The notes: a model not told the origin generated them from the sequence alone. Positions 12,441 to 24,000 are shown, counted from the stretch's first letter. The stretch: DNA of 64,000 bases from Takakia lepidozioides (GCA_030704615.1 CM060733.1:65224001-65288000), one strand, 5' to 3'. Program-made: numbers and translations.

Positions 12441-13464
12441 ACGTGGTACCAGTTCATTCACCAAGCCATACTAGGCTATGGAGAAGTCATCACTCTTCTA
12501 CAGCGGGACACCTGCCGTGGGGCTCCGCCAGATTCTCTTTGAACAGAAACGAGCCATGCCCACATCCTGTGCTGGTTTTCAGCTTATCGTGTGGAGTCTT
12601 TGCATGTAGGACAAACACATACATTTCGTTCGCGGAACCAGGGCAATTGCACATGCCATTCATTGTAGGCGTCTTTCTCTTAATTGAAATAAAGTGTGAC
12701 GATCATTCTGAGCTCAAATCTGCCATATGTTCATATTCTTCTTTTTGTGCAGACATTGCAGACTTGGTGCATGGTGGCCCCTTTTGTTTTGTCCACTGTA
12801 ATAGGCCATCTTCCTGCAATCCTCGCCTATAGGGCCTGCTTCTCCAGCACATTGGTGCCGCTCACGCTTCCCTAAAGCGTGAGCTCAGCTCACGCTTTGC
12901 AGCTACAACGTGAGCTCAGCTCCCAGGCTCACGGGGCTGGGCTCACGCCGTAGCTACGCTGCATAGCAATATGGCACTATGAGGCGTCTATGCTCACCAT
13001 AGCCATAGGCTGACCATAGACAGTAGTCACTATGATATGTCTATGGTAACCATAGCCATGGACCGACCATAGACAGCGGTTAGTCATCCGGGAGTTAAGC
13101 AATTTTTACCATAGGATTTATTCCACCATAGGTGAGTTATAACCATAGGCTATGATGGCGGTTAAGGAAGCCGTAGGGTATTTAATGCAAGAACAAAGCT
13201 GTAAAGGGATTGATCTTTGTATTTTGGGGGGGGGGGGGGTGGGGGGGCGGTGGCTATTCCGTGAGCCCAGCACAGGCTCACGCCATGTCAGCATGCATAC
13301 AGGGCCTATTTCCACGGGTGTCACCTATTACCGCGGGTTGATCAGCCCTTTCCAGGGAATGCAGACTGGATGTGTTACATCCATTGTATCCATCATTTCT
13401 ATCCATTGCATCCATTTAGACGTTATTTACATACCAAGCCCTTGCATTAGAATGTGGCTACGTC

Positions 13465-13640
13465 GTCAGCAGGTGCACACTCACATCATCCAAAGCGGAT
13501 CCCTGCGAAATGTTTTCTTACTCACCACCCTTGCGAACATGTATGGTATGTGCGGGAGCATCATGGATGCTCACCAGAAGAATGCCTGAACGATCTTTGA
13601 TCACGTGGACTTTAACGCGATGGATTTACCAAGCATTCTT
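13465..13640 (+). pseudogene. PPR gene fragment, paralogous to 22825-23005
   Basis: QVHTHIIQSG...NVFLLTTLANMYGMCGSIMDAHQ..RMPERSLITW; clear nucleotide similarity to the downstream PPR pseudogene. Confidence 0.8.
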
Positions 13641-13921
13641 CTGGCATGAATGGTCTGGAGACCAAGGAGCAAATGATGCGAGAATGCACTGCCCAAACCA
13701 AATACGTTTGTTTGTTTATGCAATGCACACAAGCTTGTGAGCTCCGGAAAACACCAAATAGATTGAAGGACCAATCCGGGCACTCCATGCAATCCCCATC
13801 TCCAACGATAGTTTGTTCCCAGGAATTTGCATCCCACGCACACATTGCAAACAGGACAACAAGGTACACAACCCTCCCATTTCATAATTGGCCCCGAATA
13901 AAAGTAAAGGAAAACTTGATA

Positions 13922-16900
13922 TCAAGTGTCACAGTCATCAGAATCAGAATCGACCTCCTGTGCTATATCATCCACAAAGATTCCGTCCCCAATACCACGT
14001 CTTCTACCACGGCCGTCGATGGTTGGACTACGAGTGCCATGAACGGACATGCTTGTTGTGAGTGCCTCCACATAGACGGGTAGCATGTAAGACTGAGGAG
14101 GACTTGAAAGAAGTCCAAAAAGGTGTGATAGCCCTGGAGGGTTAGTGGAAGCACATGGATTCCTGCACAAGTCGACAAAAACCTATTTTGAATACAATGA
14201 TGCAATGCACAAGTCCAACGAAGAGGATGTCTCCCATGTGTACTTTGCCTTAAGAACAGTGATTCTGGGTATTGAAACAAGAATGCAAGCATCCACAGGT
14301 TGAACTTACTCACAGGCAAAGTCGGAGTCGAGCTCCTTGTCGGACGTCTCCCATGTATCAATATCACTGGGAAGAGGCTTCGGAAGGACTTGAGAAGTGT
14401 GTCCACCCAAACCCATCAAGAGGTTCTTGTAAATCTCGGCATCCCCTTCAATCCCAAAGAGATGTCGCGCACTGGCCTTGCAAGCGTGGTACGAAGCACC
14501 TGCAATGGAATAGAACGAAGGAAACAGACATTGAAGACTCTTTTGGAACGGTGGGAAGTGCTGAAAGTGCAAGCTCAAACAAACCCGATCAAATGTGAAG
14601 GATGAAGAGACGAACCTGTGCCCATTGACAAATCCAAAACTTTGGCGTCGGTGTAGGTGCAGCACTCCATAATCGTTTGAATGAAAGTCGGGCTCCTCTC
14701 CCTGGCCCCTCTCCAAGGAACCCCATTCCCCCTTCGCAAGCACACGTTGTTGTCCACGTAGTTGTGGTGCATGTCATCTGTGGGAGGATCTGTCCTCTCG
14801 TTTATGAACTTGCCCTCATGAGTGATGGCGAACTCCCTAATGACGGCTGGAGTCGTAGGTGGATGCACTCGGACGAGACAAACAGCTTCAAACAGACGAG
14901 TCTGCGAACAGGACATCCACAAGGAACTAAGAAGCTTGAAAACCAGGCCCCTCCATATTCATTTGAGCGACTTATGCAACTCCATCCGAGAACCACCAAG
15001 AAGAGGAATAAGAAGGCAAATTTACCATCTCTCCCGGACGATCCCTCTTCGTCAGGTACATGTTGTTCACACAATTCCATGTCTTCACCATACCAGATGC
15101 TTTCAAATAGCTGGCAAGTGCACGGCGATAGTGAAGGTCGATGGACTGGATGAGCACCAAAACACCTGCATCGGACAGAAAGAAATTGCAAAAGGAGAAA
15201 ACCCACCGCCAGTAGCGCTCATCAAAAGCATTCCAACCTGGACAAGCACCCGCTGGAGGGACATCCGGGACAGGCAACCCATCAGGGATGTCCAAGATGA
15301 TGAGTTCGGCTGCATATGGCTTCTCCTTCCCGTTCATCCAGGATGTGGTCATTTTAGCCTGCAAACAAGCATGCAATGAAATGCTCAAGAGGATTGAAAC
15401 GAGCCATGCCCACAACACACAAGAAGCAAAAGATAACATGCACCGTGCTGAGAAACTCCACAATCCTCTCCCACACTGGTGATGGATCGCCCTTGTAATC
15501 AGATTTCTTGGACTCCATCATGGCAAGGAACCCGATATTGGCCATCTCCAACCTGGTAGGGCAAATGACCCTCGTGGGATGCTCCACTGCATGGTACGGG
15601 TCCTTAGGATCAACCACCCCCTTGTTCTTTCTCCCGGATCCCCTACCAGGTGGTGGAGTCTCTTTGGTTTGCTGGACATCCGCTGCAGGGCCAGTTTCTG
15701 CAACACTTCCCTGCCCAACAACCTGCCCTTGCGCTCCCTTCCCCCTACCCCTTCCTTTCCCCACACCAACAGCAACATCCTTTCCCTTTGCCTTTCTACC
15801 TTTACACGGGGTATCCTGAGCGGGAGGCTCCTTCTTTGCAAGTGTCATCAAATTTTTATCATGAATCTCGAGGTCGGCAGCCGCGGCGGTGGTTGCTACA
15901 TGCTCATTCACTCTCCTCAAAGACACCTCCTGCGCCGGGGTCTCAGAAACAGGGCAATCCAAATACCAACCACAGGCAGAAAGATGGTCTAGGCCCCAGT
16001 CCTGCAAGATCCCCGCAGTTAACATGGTCCGGTTGCTAGTAGGAACTAGCCACATGTCCACAAAATCAGGATGTTTGTCCAAGCAGTTCTCTGCCATGAG
16101 AACATACTTTATGTACCTGCAGGCACAGAGACAGCCTCATTATGCAATACAACTATTGTCTCCCAACTTTTCTACCACATCACGAAGACCCCCTAAAAGA
16201 GTATGCGGCACCGCACACTGCAACCACCACACACAAAATAGCCTGAAGGGCCCAGGGTGTGCACGTTGATGTTACTACACACGGATAGAGCAAATGAGTG
16301 TGCGGCACCGCACACTCATATGAGCCAGCACAAAATAGGTTGGATGGAGGAGAGTGTGTCTTTGCAAATCAAAGAAGCATAGTCTATTTCACACATGTAA
16401 AGGCATCGTTTCCAGGCTTCCTCTCCTTTCTCTTGCTGGTCAAGCTCATTTGTTCGACTGATGCCACCCTCCTTGTTGAACTCCCTGAAGAAACAAGATT
16501 GCCACACTGTGCTCTCCATTTCCGCATGTATGCTTGGAAGGAGACCTTCGGTGCTGTCATGGTGATGCCATAGTCAGCTAGTTGCGTATGTAGAATAGAC
16601 TGAGCCCTTTCCTCCAACTGCAAAACAATTCGAATGCAAGAATGAACCAAAAATCAATCACAGCCATTGTAACATGGAATGAGAACGACAGAAAAGTGAA
16701 ATGAAAGTGACACAGGAAAGGACATCATACCTGGCTCCAGTAAGTGGCCTTGTGAAGCCATGTGTCCATCATATTGTCACTGACAGGAATGACACGCTGG
16801 GTCTTCTTCTCTCTCTTCGGCCTGGAGAACATGTGGGTATCCCTAATAGTGGGATCGGAGTTCCATATCTGTAGCCACTTCACCTTCTGTTCTGAAGACA

Positions 16901-18178
16901 CAACGGCAGTAGACAACCTATGCAACTTCTCCTGGGCCATCTGGCTTGCTCGGCTTGTTGAAATGGTTTTTCACCTCTTGAAGAAACTGTGGTCCGAAGG
17001 ATGGGTCGGCAATTCTCAACTGCTTCACAAAAGCACTCATAATATTCTTTCTTGTGGAGGTCATCTCTTGCTTGATGTGACTCTCAACCCCCTTTGTTGT
17101 CCTTCTCTCTTCAAGGGTAGAGCTGTAGTATTCTCGTTTGCCACGTTGTCCTGCATCTGCAATGTCTTGCTGCAAGAGAATGCACGACAGATGCATTAAC
17201 ACAAGGGCAAGGGAAACAAACAGAAACAAAGATCTGGAAGCAGGAATATCCAAAGGCCAGATAATGGAAGATGTATCTCACCGCGTACATATACTCCATG
17301 AAAGCCTCACGGGTCAACGAGTACCATGTTTTTTATGTCTTGGAGCTTTCGCACTTCTTGTACGTCTCTGCTAAAAGGATGGTCTTGAAGTTGGTCAAGG
17401 GTATCTGGCCGATCCTCTGTATCCTGTACAGAGTGTGAACCAGACTCGTTTTCACATGCGATGTCTCCATCCCTCTGCAGAATGATGTGTGAAAGTCAGA
17501 ATGAAATTCAAGAACCGACAACAGAGGACTGGAACCAAAGAACCACGGAACCACAACTAGAACATGTAGAATGAGAAACCAACCTGTTCACATCATTCAT
17601 TGCCGTCAAAAGACCCATCATGTTCCCGTCACAATCCAATACCATCGTTCGAACACAGTAATGTCACTCTTCCTCCTGTGAGTGCAGCCTCCCAATGATA
17701 GCCATCCATGCAAGCAACCAGTGGTTGCCATCCCATACATGAAAAATCTTCCCTGAGAATGCTTGGGTCGAAGGTTTCCTGGAGAGAAGAAGTTCAAGGA
17801 TTCGTTCACATGTCTCCAAATGGGATCCCAAGAGTCCACGATTGACTCATCCACAAGGAGCTCTTTGCCTCTGGAATCTCTTGTAGAAACGTAAAAGACT
17901 GCGGATCCATCCAAATACCCATGAACAAACTCGGCCTCCAGCTTCTGGATGTCTTTGATGAGGGGTGGACGAATGACGGGCATGCAAACCAACCTACACA
18001 AGGGAATCTTCAACCTCCCACCCGGGGCAAGCATACTTTGCACCACAAGCTGAGAATTTACCTTCTGACCCCACAGCATCTCCGCGGCTTTGCTTTCATA
18101 GAACTCATCGTCCACATCAACAATGATCTCCTTTTCCTGCCCTGAAGGGTTCTCATCCTCCACCCTTTGCATCTTCTC
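13922..18178 (-). pseudogene. Spliced ParB-like N-domain / beta-class N6A-N4C DNA methyltransferase fusion gene with a few lesions
   Basis: N-terminus: IPLCRLVCMPVIRPPLIKDIQKLEAEFVHGY...IFHVWDGNHWLLAW...AMNDVNR (ParB/Srx DGxHR-like box at 17721-17732 after a 1-nt frameshift). C-terminus: motif IV-like ELIILDIPDG (~15278-15306), FLSDAGVLVL, ERSPTFIQTIMECCTYTDAKVLDLSMGTG, then GT-AG intron 14615-14500, then ASYHACKASARHLFGIEGDAEIY (motif I and the following strand). Stop at 13922. Confidence 0.8.
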
Positions 18179-18509
18179 CTGCAGGGATGTTCATTCAAAT
18201 TGACATAAGAGAGAGGTCAGAAACAATGTGCGGTGCCGAACACTGTACAGAGCTTCAAACACACACCTTTTCTGTTTTTTCACAAGGCTTCAAATGTGCT
18301 TCAAAGTTTCAAGAAGAATCAAGTTGGCTCCCTATTTCTAGCTTCCATTTGTCTCTGTTTAAAGCAAGAGAGAGAACAGAATAAGTTCATTCCAAACCAA
18401 ATAAAACACTTGACAGGGGTTACAAGAAATGTAGACCAGAGTGACTATTCCGTGCTTACAAGTTGATTGGAGCCTGATAGACAAAGTTGGGTGAATAAAA
18501 TGCAAAGGG

Positions 18510-19800
18510 CCTGAGACATGACAGACTGGCCTGGTGTGTTAAATTTTGACATCAAAAATTGGCAAAGAAGATGGGGACAAACAGTGTGCGGCACCGCACA
18601 CTGTTTCGTGCTTCCAATTGGGGGTGTTTTGAACATGGCAGACTGGCCCTGTGTGGCACATTTTCTCATCAAAAAACAAGCAAAGTGGGGGGCACAAATA
18701 GTGTGCATTGCCGCACACTATTTCGTGCTTCCAATTGGGGGTGTTTTGAACATGGCAGACTGGCCCTGTGTGGCCAATTTTGACATCAAAAAACAAGTAA
18801 AGAGGGGGGCACAAATATTGTGCGTTGCCGCAAACTGTTTTGTTCTTCTATACAGGTGTGATTTGAACATGGCAGACAGCCCTGGTGTGATACATTTTGA
18901 CATAGAAAAACAAGCACAGCGGGGGGCACAAACAGTGTGCGTTGCCGCACACTGTTTTGTGCTTCCATGTGGATCTGTTTTGAACATGGCAGACTGGCCA
19001 TGTTTGGCCCATTTTGACATTAAAAAAAAGGCCCTAAACAGCCCTGGTGTGACACGTTTTGTCATAGAAAAACAAGCAAAGTGGGGGGCACAAACAGTGT
19101 GCGTTGCCGCACACTGTTTCGTGCTTCCATCTAGATCTGTTTTGAACATGGCGACTGGCATGTTTGGCCCATTTTGACATTAAAAAAAAAAGCAAAGTGG
19201 GGGGCACAAACAGTGTGTGTTGCCGCACACTGTTTTGTGCTTCCATGTATGTGCGATTTGAACTTGGCAGGCAACCATGTGTGGCCCATTTTCACATTAA
19301 AAAAAAAGCAAAGACGGGGGCACAAACAGTGTGCGTTGACGCACACTATTTGGTGCTTCCATCCAGGTGTAATTTGAACATGGCAGACTGGCCCTGTGTG
19401 GCATTTTTTGACATCAGAAAAGAACCAAAAAGGGGGGCACAAACAGTGTGCGTTGCCGCACACTGTTTCGTGCTTCCATCTACATCTGTTTTGAACATGG
19501 CAGACTGGCCATGTTTGGCCCATTTTGCCTTAAAAAAAAAACAAAGTGGGGGCACAAACAGTGTGCGTGGCCGCACACTCTTTTGTGCTCCCATGTAGAT
19601 CTGTTTTGAACATGGCAGACTAGCCATGTTTGGCCTATTTTGACATCAAAAAAAAATCCCTAAACAGCCCTGGTGTGACACATTTTGAGATAGAAAAACA
19701 AGCAAAGTGGGGGGCACAAACAGTGTGCGTTGCCGCACATTGTTTTGTGCTTCCATGTAGGTGCGATTTGAACTTGGTAGGCAGCCATGTGTGGCCCATA
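18510..19800 (+). repeat. Tandem array of ten ~117-bp units (two of 162 bp), each with the 28-bp palindrome AAACAGTGTGCG-N4-CGCACACTGTTT
   Basis: Palindromes start at about 18579, 18696, 18813, 18930, 19092, 19207, 19324, 19441, 19556 and 19718. Confidence 0.93.
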
Positions 19801-19939
19801 TTAGGAATGATAACTAGGTTTGGGACACTGCTACCCTTACTCACCTCAGTTCATTTGGGTGGATCCCCTTTCGAGAATTACGGGCTATCAGTTTGGGGGA
19901 CCCTTTTTGGATCGTAACTTTGGGTCAGTGTAGGAAAAC

Positions 19940-21780
19940 ATGTCCAGGGAAGGAGACAGACTCGCTCGATTTCATTCCAATGTAGGTAGTCTTCCACTGA
20001 CTGCCACTGCAGATGACGATGGGTTTGTAGTTGTTTATGAGGTTGAGCTGGTTACAGTGTTCCCTCTGGAATTAGGTTCTCTGTTTGTTCAAAAAGAGGT
20101 GTATGACGAGGATGGGAATTTGGATTTTGGGCACTTGCAGAAACCATTGGTTGGCGAGTGTGGGAGGAAGTGGAGAGTCATTCCAGGCACATACCGGGTC
20201 CTTGGAAAAGAGAGAAGACAATCAGCAGGATCAGTAGTTACCCCTGGCACTGCAGCATCGGTCGTGCAGCAGAAGGGCATAGTTCATGTGAAACAAGAGG
20301 TGAATACATCCACTACATTCGTGACTCTTTCAGACTCGTCCTCGGAGGATGTTTATGAGATTCCTCCGCCAGTGCAGACTCCATTCTTGGATGATGACAA
20401 ATTGCAGGAGATAACGAGTGTCATTCCAAAATTGAAAGCCCTCATAGGGGTGCCTGGGTGCAAGAGCCAGCTGCGTTTTGTTGATTGGGAGTCCCTTCGG
20501 ATGCAGCGGGTTCAATATGTGCCATCAGAGTTTGATGAGGACATCTTGTTTGAGCTCAACCCTCCCACATCTTCTAGTGGACTAGCTGGGCTTCTGCAGG
20601 GAGGGCATGGACAAGAAACATGACGGACGCCCTTGGTGCAGGACAAAAACATCGAACATCCACAACGACATTGGATTGAAATTTCGAAGGTCGGTTTGCA
20701 TTGGGCATTGCAAGTGCGTGAATATTTCTTGCCCTTGCCTGAGAAACAGCTATAAACCAAACGAAAGTGAGTGGGAAGGTGTGCCCCTGAATCCTTTCAT
20801 CCCAGGGCTTGCCCCTCCCAAGACCAATACTTTTGTGTGCAGGATCTGCAAACTTGCCCAGTCCTGTGTTTCTGTGTGCTACACTCGTATGTACCAGGTG
20901 GCACAACGATGCAAGACAATGACTCATGCCTGCATTCATATGGTTACACACGAGCATCCTATGTCGAAGGGAAGTTGCAGGGATAGCGTGGACATCGCTA
21001 GAAATTTGCTGAAGCAGGAGTTCCACAATGCCCCTTGTGCAACACCTTCTGCTATAGCGCTTGCAGCTAGCAAGGCATTCCTGGAAAAACACATACTCGG
21101 TGAGGGGGATGCGACACAACCAATGCTGGATGCAGATTCGCTTGATGCAGTGATGGACCATTTCTCCGTGTTGAGCTCTCCCAATATTCGAAACCAGGTG
21201 AATGCACTTAGAATGGGCACAGGCAGTGCTGGATTCATGGACAACATTATGGACCTCAAATGGAGGAGTCGCTATGAATTCATTCCTTCCCTGGCCAGGG
21301 CTCGTCCAAGGTGTATTTGTTCAAGATGTCCACAGTGGGCGAAGGCAGTGGTGTGAGCATAGTCCGCAATGTTGGTTAATGTTTGATCACTACAAACGGG
21401 TGAAGGGTTGGACAACCATGGCGTGCCATGTGTACAATCCAGCGTACCAGCGTGTGCTCTCCATAGCAATTTGTGATATGCAATCACAGGACACTGAATC
21501 CCAAATGCTCATGTGGAATTCTCTCCTGGCCGTCATGCAGCGCAATGGAATGCAAAACACAAATTTTGCGGGCTTCATGGCTGATAGTGCACAGGCAAAT
21601 TTCAATGTAGTGCGGCGCGTCTTTGGTTCGGGGGATCCTAAGGTCCTAATGGAAAATAGGGAGCGCACACGCCTCTTCCATTGGAGTCAATCTCCGGCAT
21701 GTCATACAAAGCGCTGCATTCGCCTTGACCTTCAGTTGGAGCACAGAAGACTCTGCCTCAAGTATAATTTTGCAAGTTAG
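19940..21780 (+). mobile_element. Transposase-like gene: Cys/His (GCM-like) Zn domain plus Mutator-type DDE core; frameshifted and 3'-truncated
   Basis: VQYVPSEFDEDILFELNPP; DKKHDGRPW; CIGHCKCVNISC...CRICK...C...HMVTHEHP; WLMFDHYKRVKGWTTMACHVY; FAGFMADSAQANFNVVRRVFG; RLFHWSQS (DD plus CxxH-equivalent of MULE transposases). No catalytic E or SWIM region seen. Confidence 0.72.
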
Positions 21781-21789
21781 CTCGTTGGT

Positions 21790-24000
21790 GTAAAAAGGTG
21801 AATGCCTGTTGGAAGCTCAACATAGGAACTTGAGTGATAAGTAGGGTTAGGGTGTTTGTTGGAATAGAGAGGGCAGAGATAGCTGAAGGAGCAGGGATAG
21901 AGAGTGGGTCCAGATTCATCCGAGAGGGCCATATTTCAAGCACAAGATTACGTATGATTCCCTGTGGATCAATAGCTACAAGAAACCTGCATGGATAGAT
22001 GGTCAATTGGATGCCGCAGCAGCAGCGGCACAACTGATAAAATCAGGCACTGGTAATCAGGGCACCTTCTTCAACACATTTCATCTTGTTTTTCCCTCTT
22101 ATGAGAATCAGCCCTAAATTTCCATGTTGAATTCTGCAAGTTAGCTGGTTGAGTGAATGTAGTTTGGAGTGACTTTGACATGATACTGCCACTGTGACAA
22201 TAGGAACGGATCCAAAAACCCGTAACAGAGATGAGGAGAAGCTATGGAATGAATACTTTTTTTTACCACAATCAATGGTGGGACACTGAGGCAAAAAGGT
22301 GAATGCCTGTTAGATTACAGGAGAGTAGCAGACGTCAGTATAGGAACTAGTGTAATAAGCTGAGTTGGGTGTTTCCTAGAACAAATCTAGGCTATCACTA
22401 TCAGCTGCAAGGCAATGATGTATGCATGATTTGTGTAGAGGCATGGATAGCTGAAGGAGCAGTGGGTGCAGATTCATCCAAGAGGGCTGGACTTCAAGCT
22501 CCAGATTACCTTGATTCCAGGTGGATCAGTAGCTACAAGAAACCTGCATGGGTAGATGGTCGAGTAAAGGCAGGAGCTGTAGCGGCACAGTTGATAAAAT
22601 CAGGCACCTCAACCATGACCACAACTTCTGAAAATAGAGGATCAAGAGTGGGAGTCCACAATGCCTCTTCTGGAACTTTTGGGCATGTGAAGATGTTTTG
22701 TGAGGCAGGCAGACTGATAGAGGCTCTACAGATTTTAAACCAAGGAGGCATTTCAGCAGATTCAGGTACATATGTCTGTCTCTTGCTTAAGTGCATCAAG
22801 ATAAAAGGTCTAGAAGCTGGAAAGTAGGTGCACATGACTCACATTATCTAAAGTGGATTCACACCAAATGTTTTTCTACTCAACACCCTTGTCAACATGT
22901 ATGTTAAGTGTGGGAACATCATGGATGCTCACCAAGTGTTCAACGGAATGCCTCAATGATCTTTGATCACGTGGAATATAATGTTGGCAGGATTTACCAA
23001 GCATGGGTGTGGTAGGAATGTTTTTGGAGACCTATGAGCAAATGTTGCGCAAAGGAGTGAAGCCCAACCACATCACATTTGGTTTATGTTTGCAATGCGT
23101 GTGCAAGCAGGGGAGCTCTGGAAAAGGGGAAAGAGGTCCATGGTGATATCGTCAAAGTTGGAATTGTACCAGATGTCATCCTGAACACTGCCCTGGTGGA
23201 CATGTATGCAAAATGCGGGTGCATTAAGGATGCGAAGGGAGTTTTCAACAAGTCTATGCTGAACGAGATGTGGGTCGTGGAACGCGTGCTTGCAGGGTAT
23301 GTACAACAGGGACTTGGTATGGAGGCTTTGCAGACCTATGATCAAATGATGGGGGAAGGGGTGAAGCCCAACCACATCACGTTTGTGTGCATTTGCAATG
23401 CATGTGCAAGCCAGCCCTGGAAAAGGGCAAAGAGGTCCATGGTGACATTGTCAGAGTTGGATTGTACCCGATGTTATTCTGAACAATACCCTGGAGGACA
23501 TGTATGCAAAATGTGGGTGCATCGAGGATGCAAAGGGAGTGTTTGACAGTATGGCTGAACAAGATATGGTGTCATGGAATGCCATGCTTGCAGGATATGC
23601 ACAGCAGGGCCGCGACATGGAGGCCCTGGAGACATATGAGCAAATAATGGGGGAAGGGGTGAAGTGTAACCAGATCACGTTTGTGTGTTTGCAATGCTTG
23701 TGCAAGCCTGGCAGCCCTGGAAAAGGGCAAAGAGATGCATGGTGGCATCATCAAATCTGGAATTGCACCTGTCATTCTGAACACTGCCCTGGTGGACATG
23801 TATGCCAAATGTGGGTGAATTGAGGATGCAAAGGGAGTGTTCGACAGTATGGCTGAACGACATGTGGTGTTGTGGAGTGTGATGAATGCAAGATATACAT
23901 AGCAAGGGCGCGGGATGGAGGCTTTGGAGACCTAGGGGCAAATGACAAGAAGTTGTGGAATGATTACTTTTCTGATCCCAGTCAATGGTGGGACTATGTG
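21790..24000 (+). pseudogene. PLS-class PPR pseudogene with PDF-like (OSB-type) motifs
   Basis: Repeated NTALVDMYAKCGCIxDAKGVF, VSWNAMLAGYAQQG..MEAL and MMGEGVKPNHITFVC; stops and frameshifts; KLWNEYF...QWWD (~22240-22285) and KLWNDYFSDPSQWWDY (~23950-23997). Confidence 0.88.

Noticed and set aside
13922-18178. Bacterial or phage contamination as the source of the ParB-methyltransferase
   Set aside because: The gene has multiple frame-restoring GT-AG introns and is embedded among plant PPR and retrotransposon sequence.
18510-19800. CRISPR array (28-bp palindromes at regular spacing)
   Set aside because: The spacers are homologous to each other and ~90 bp long, there are no cas genes, and the context is eukaryotic.
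18518-19917. ORFs with 39-aa repeats
   Set aside because: By-product of the 117-bp unit; frames are broken by A-tract length changes.
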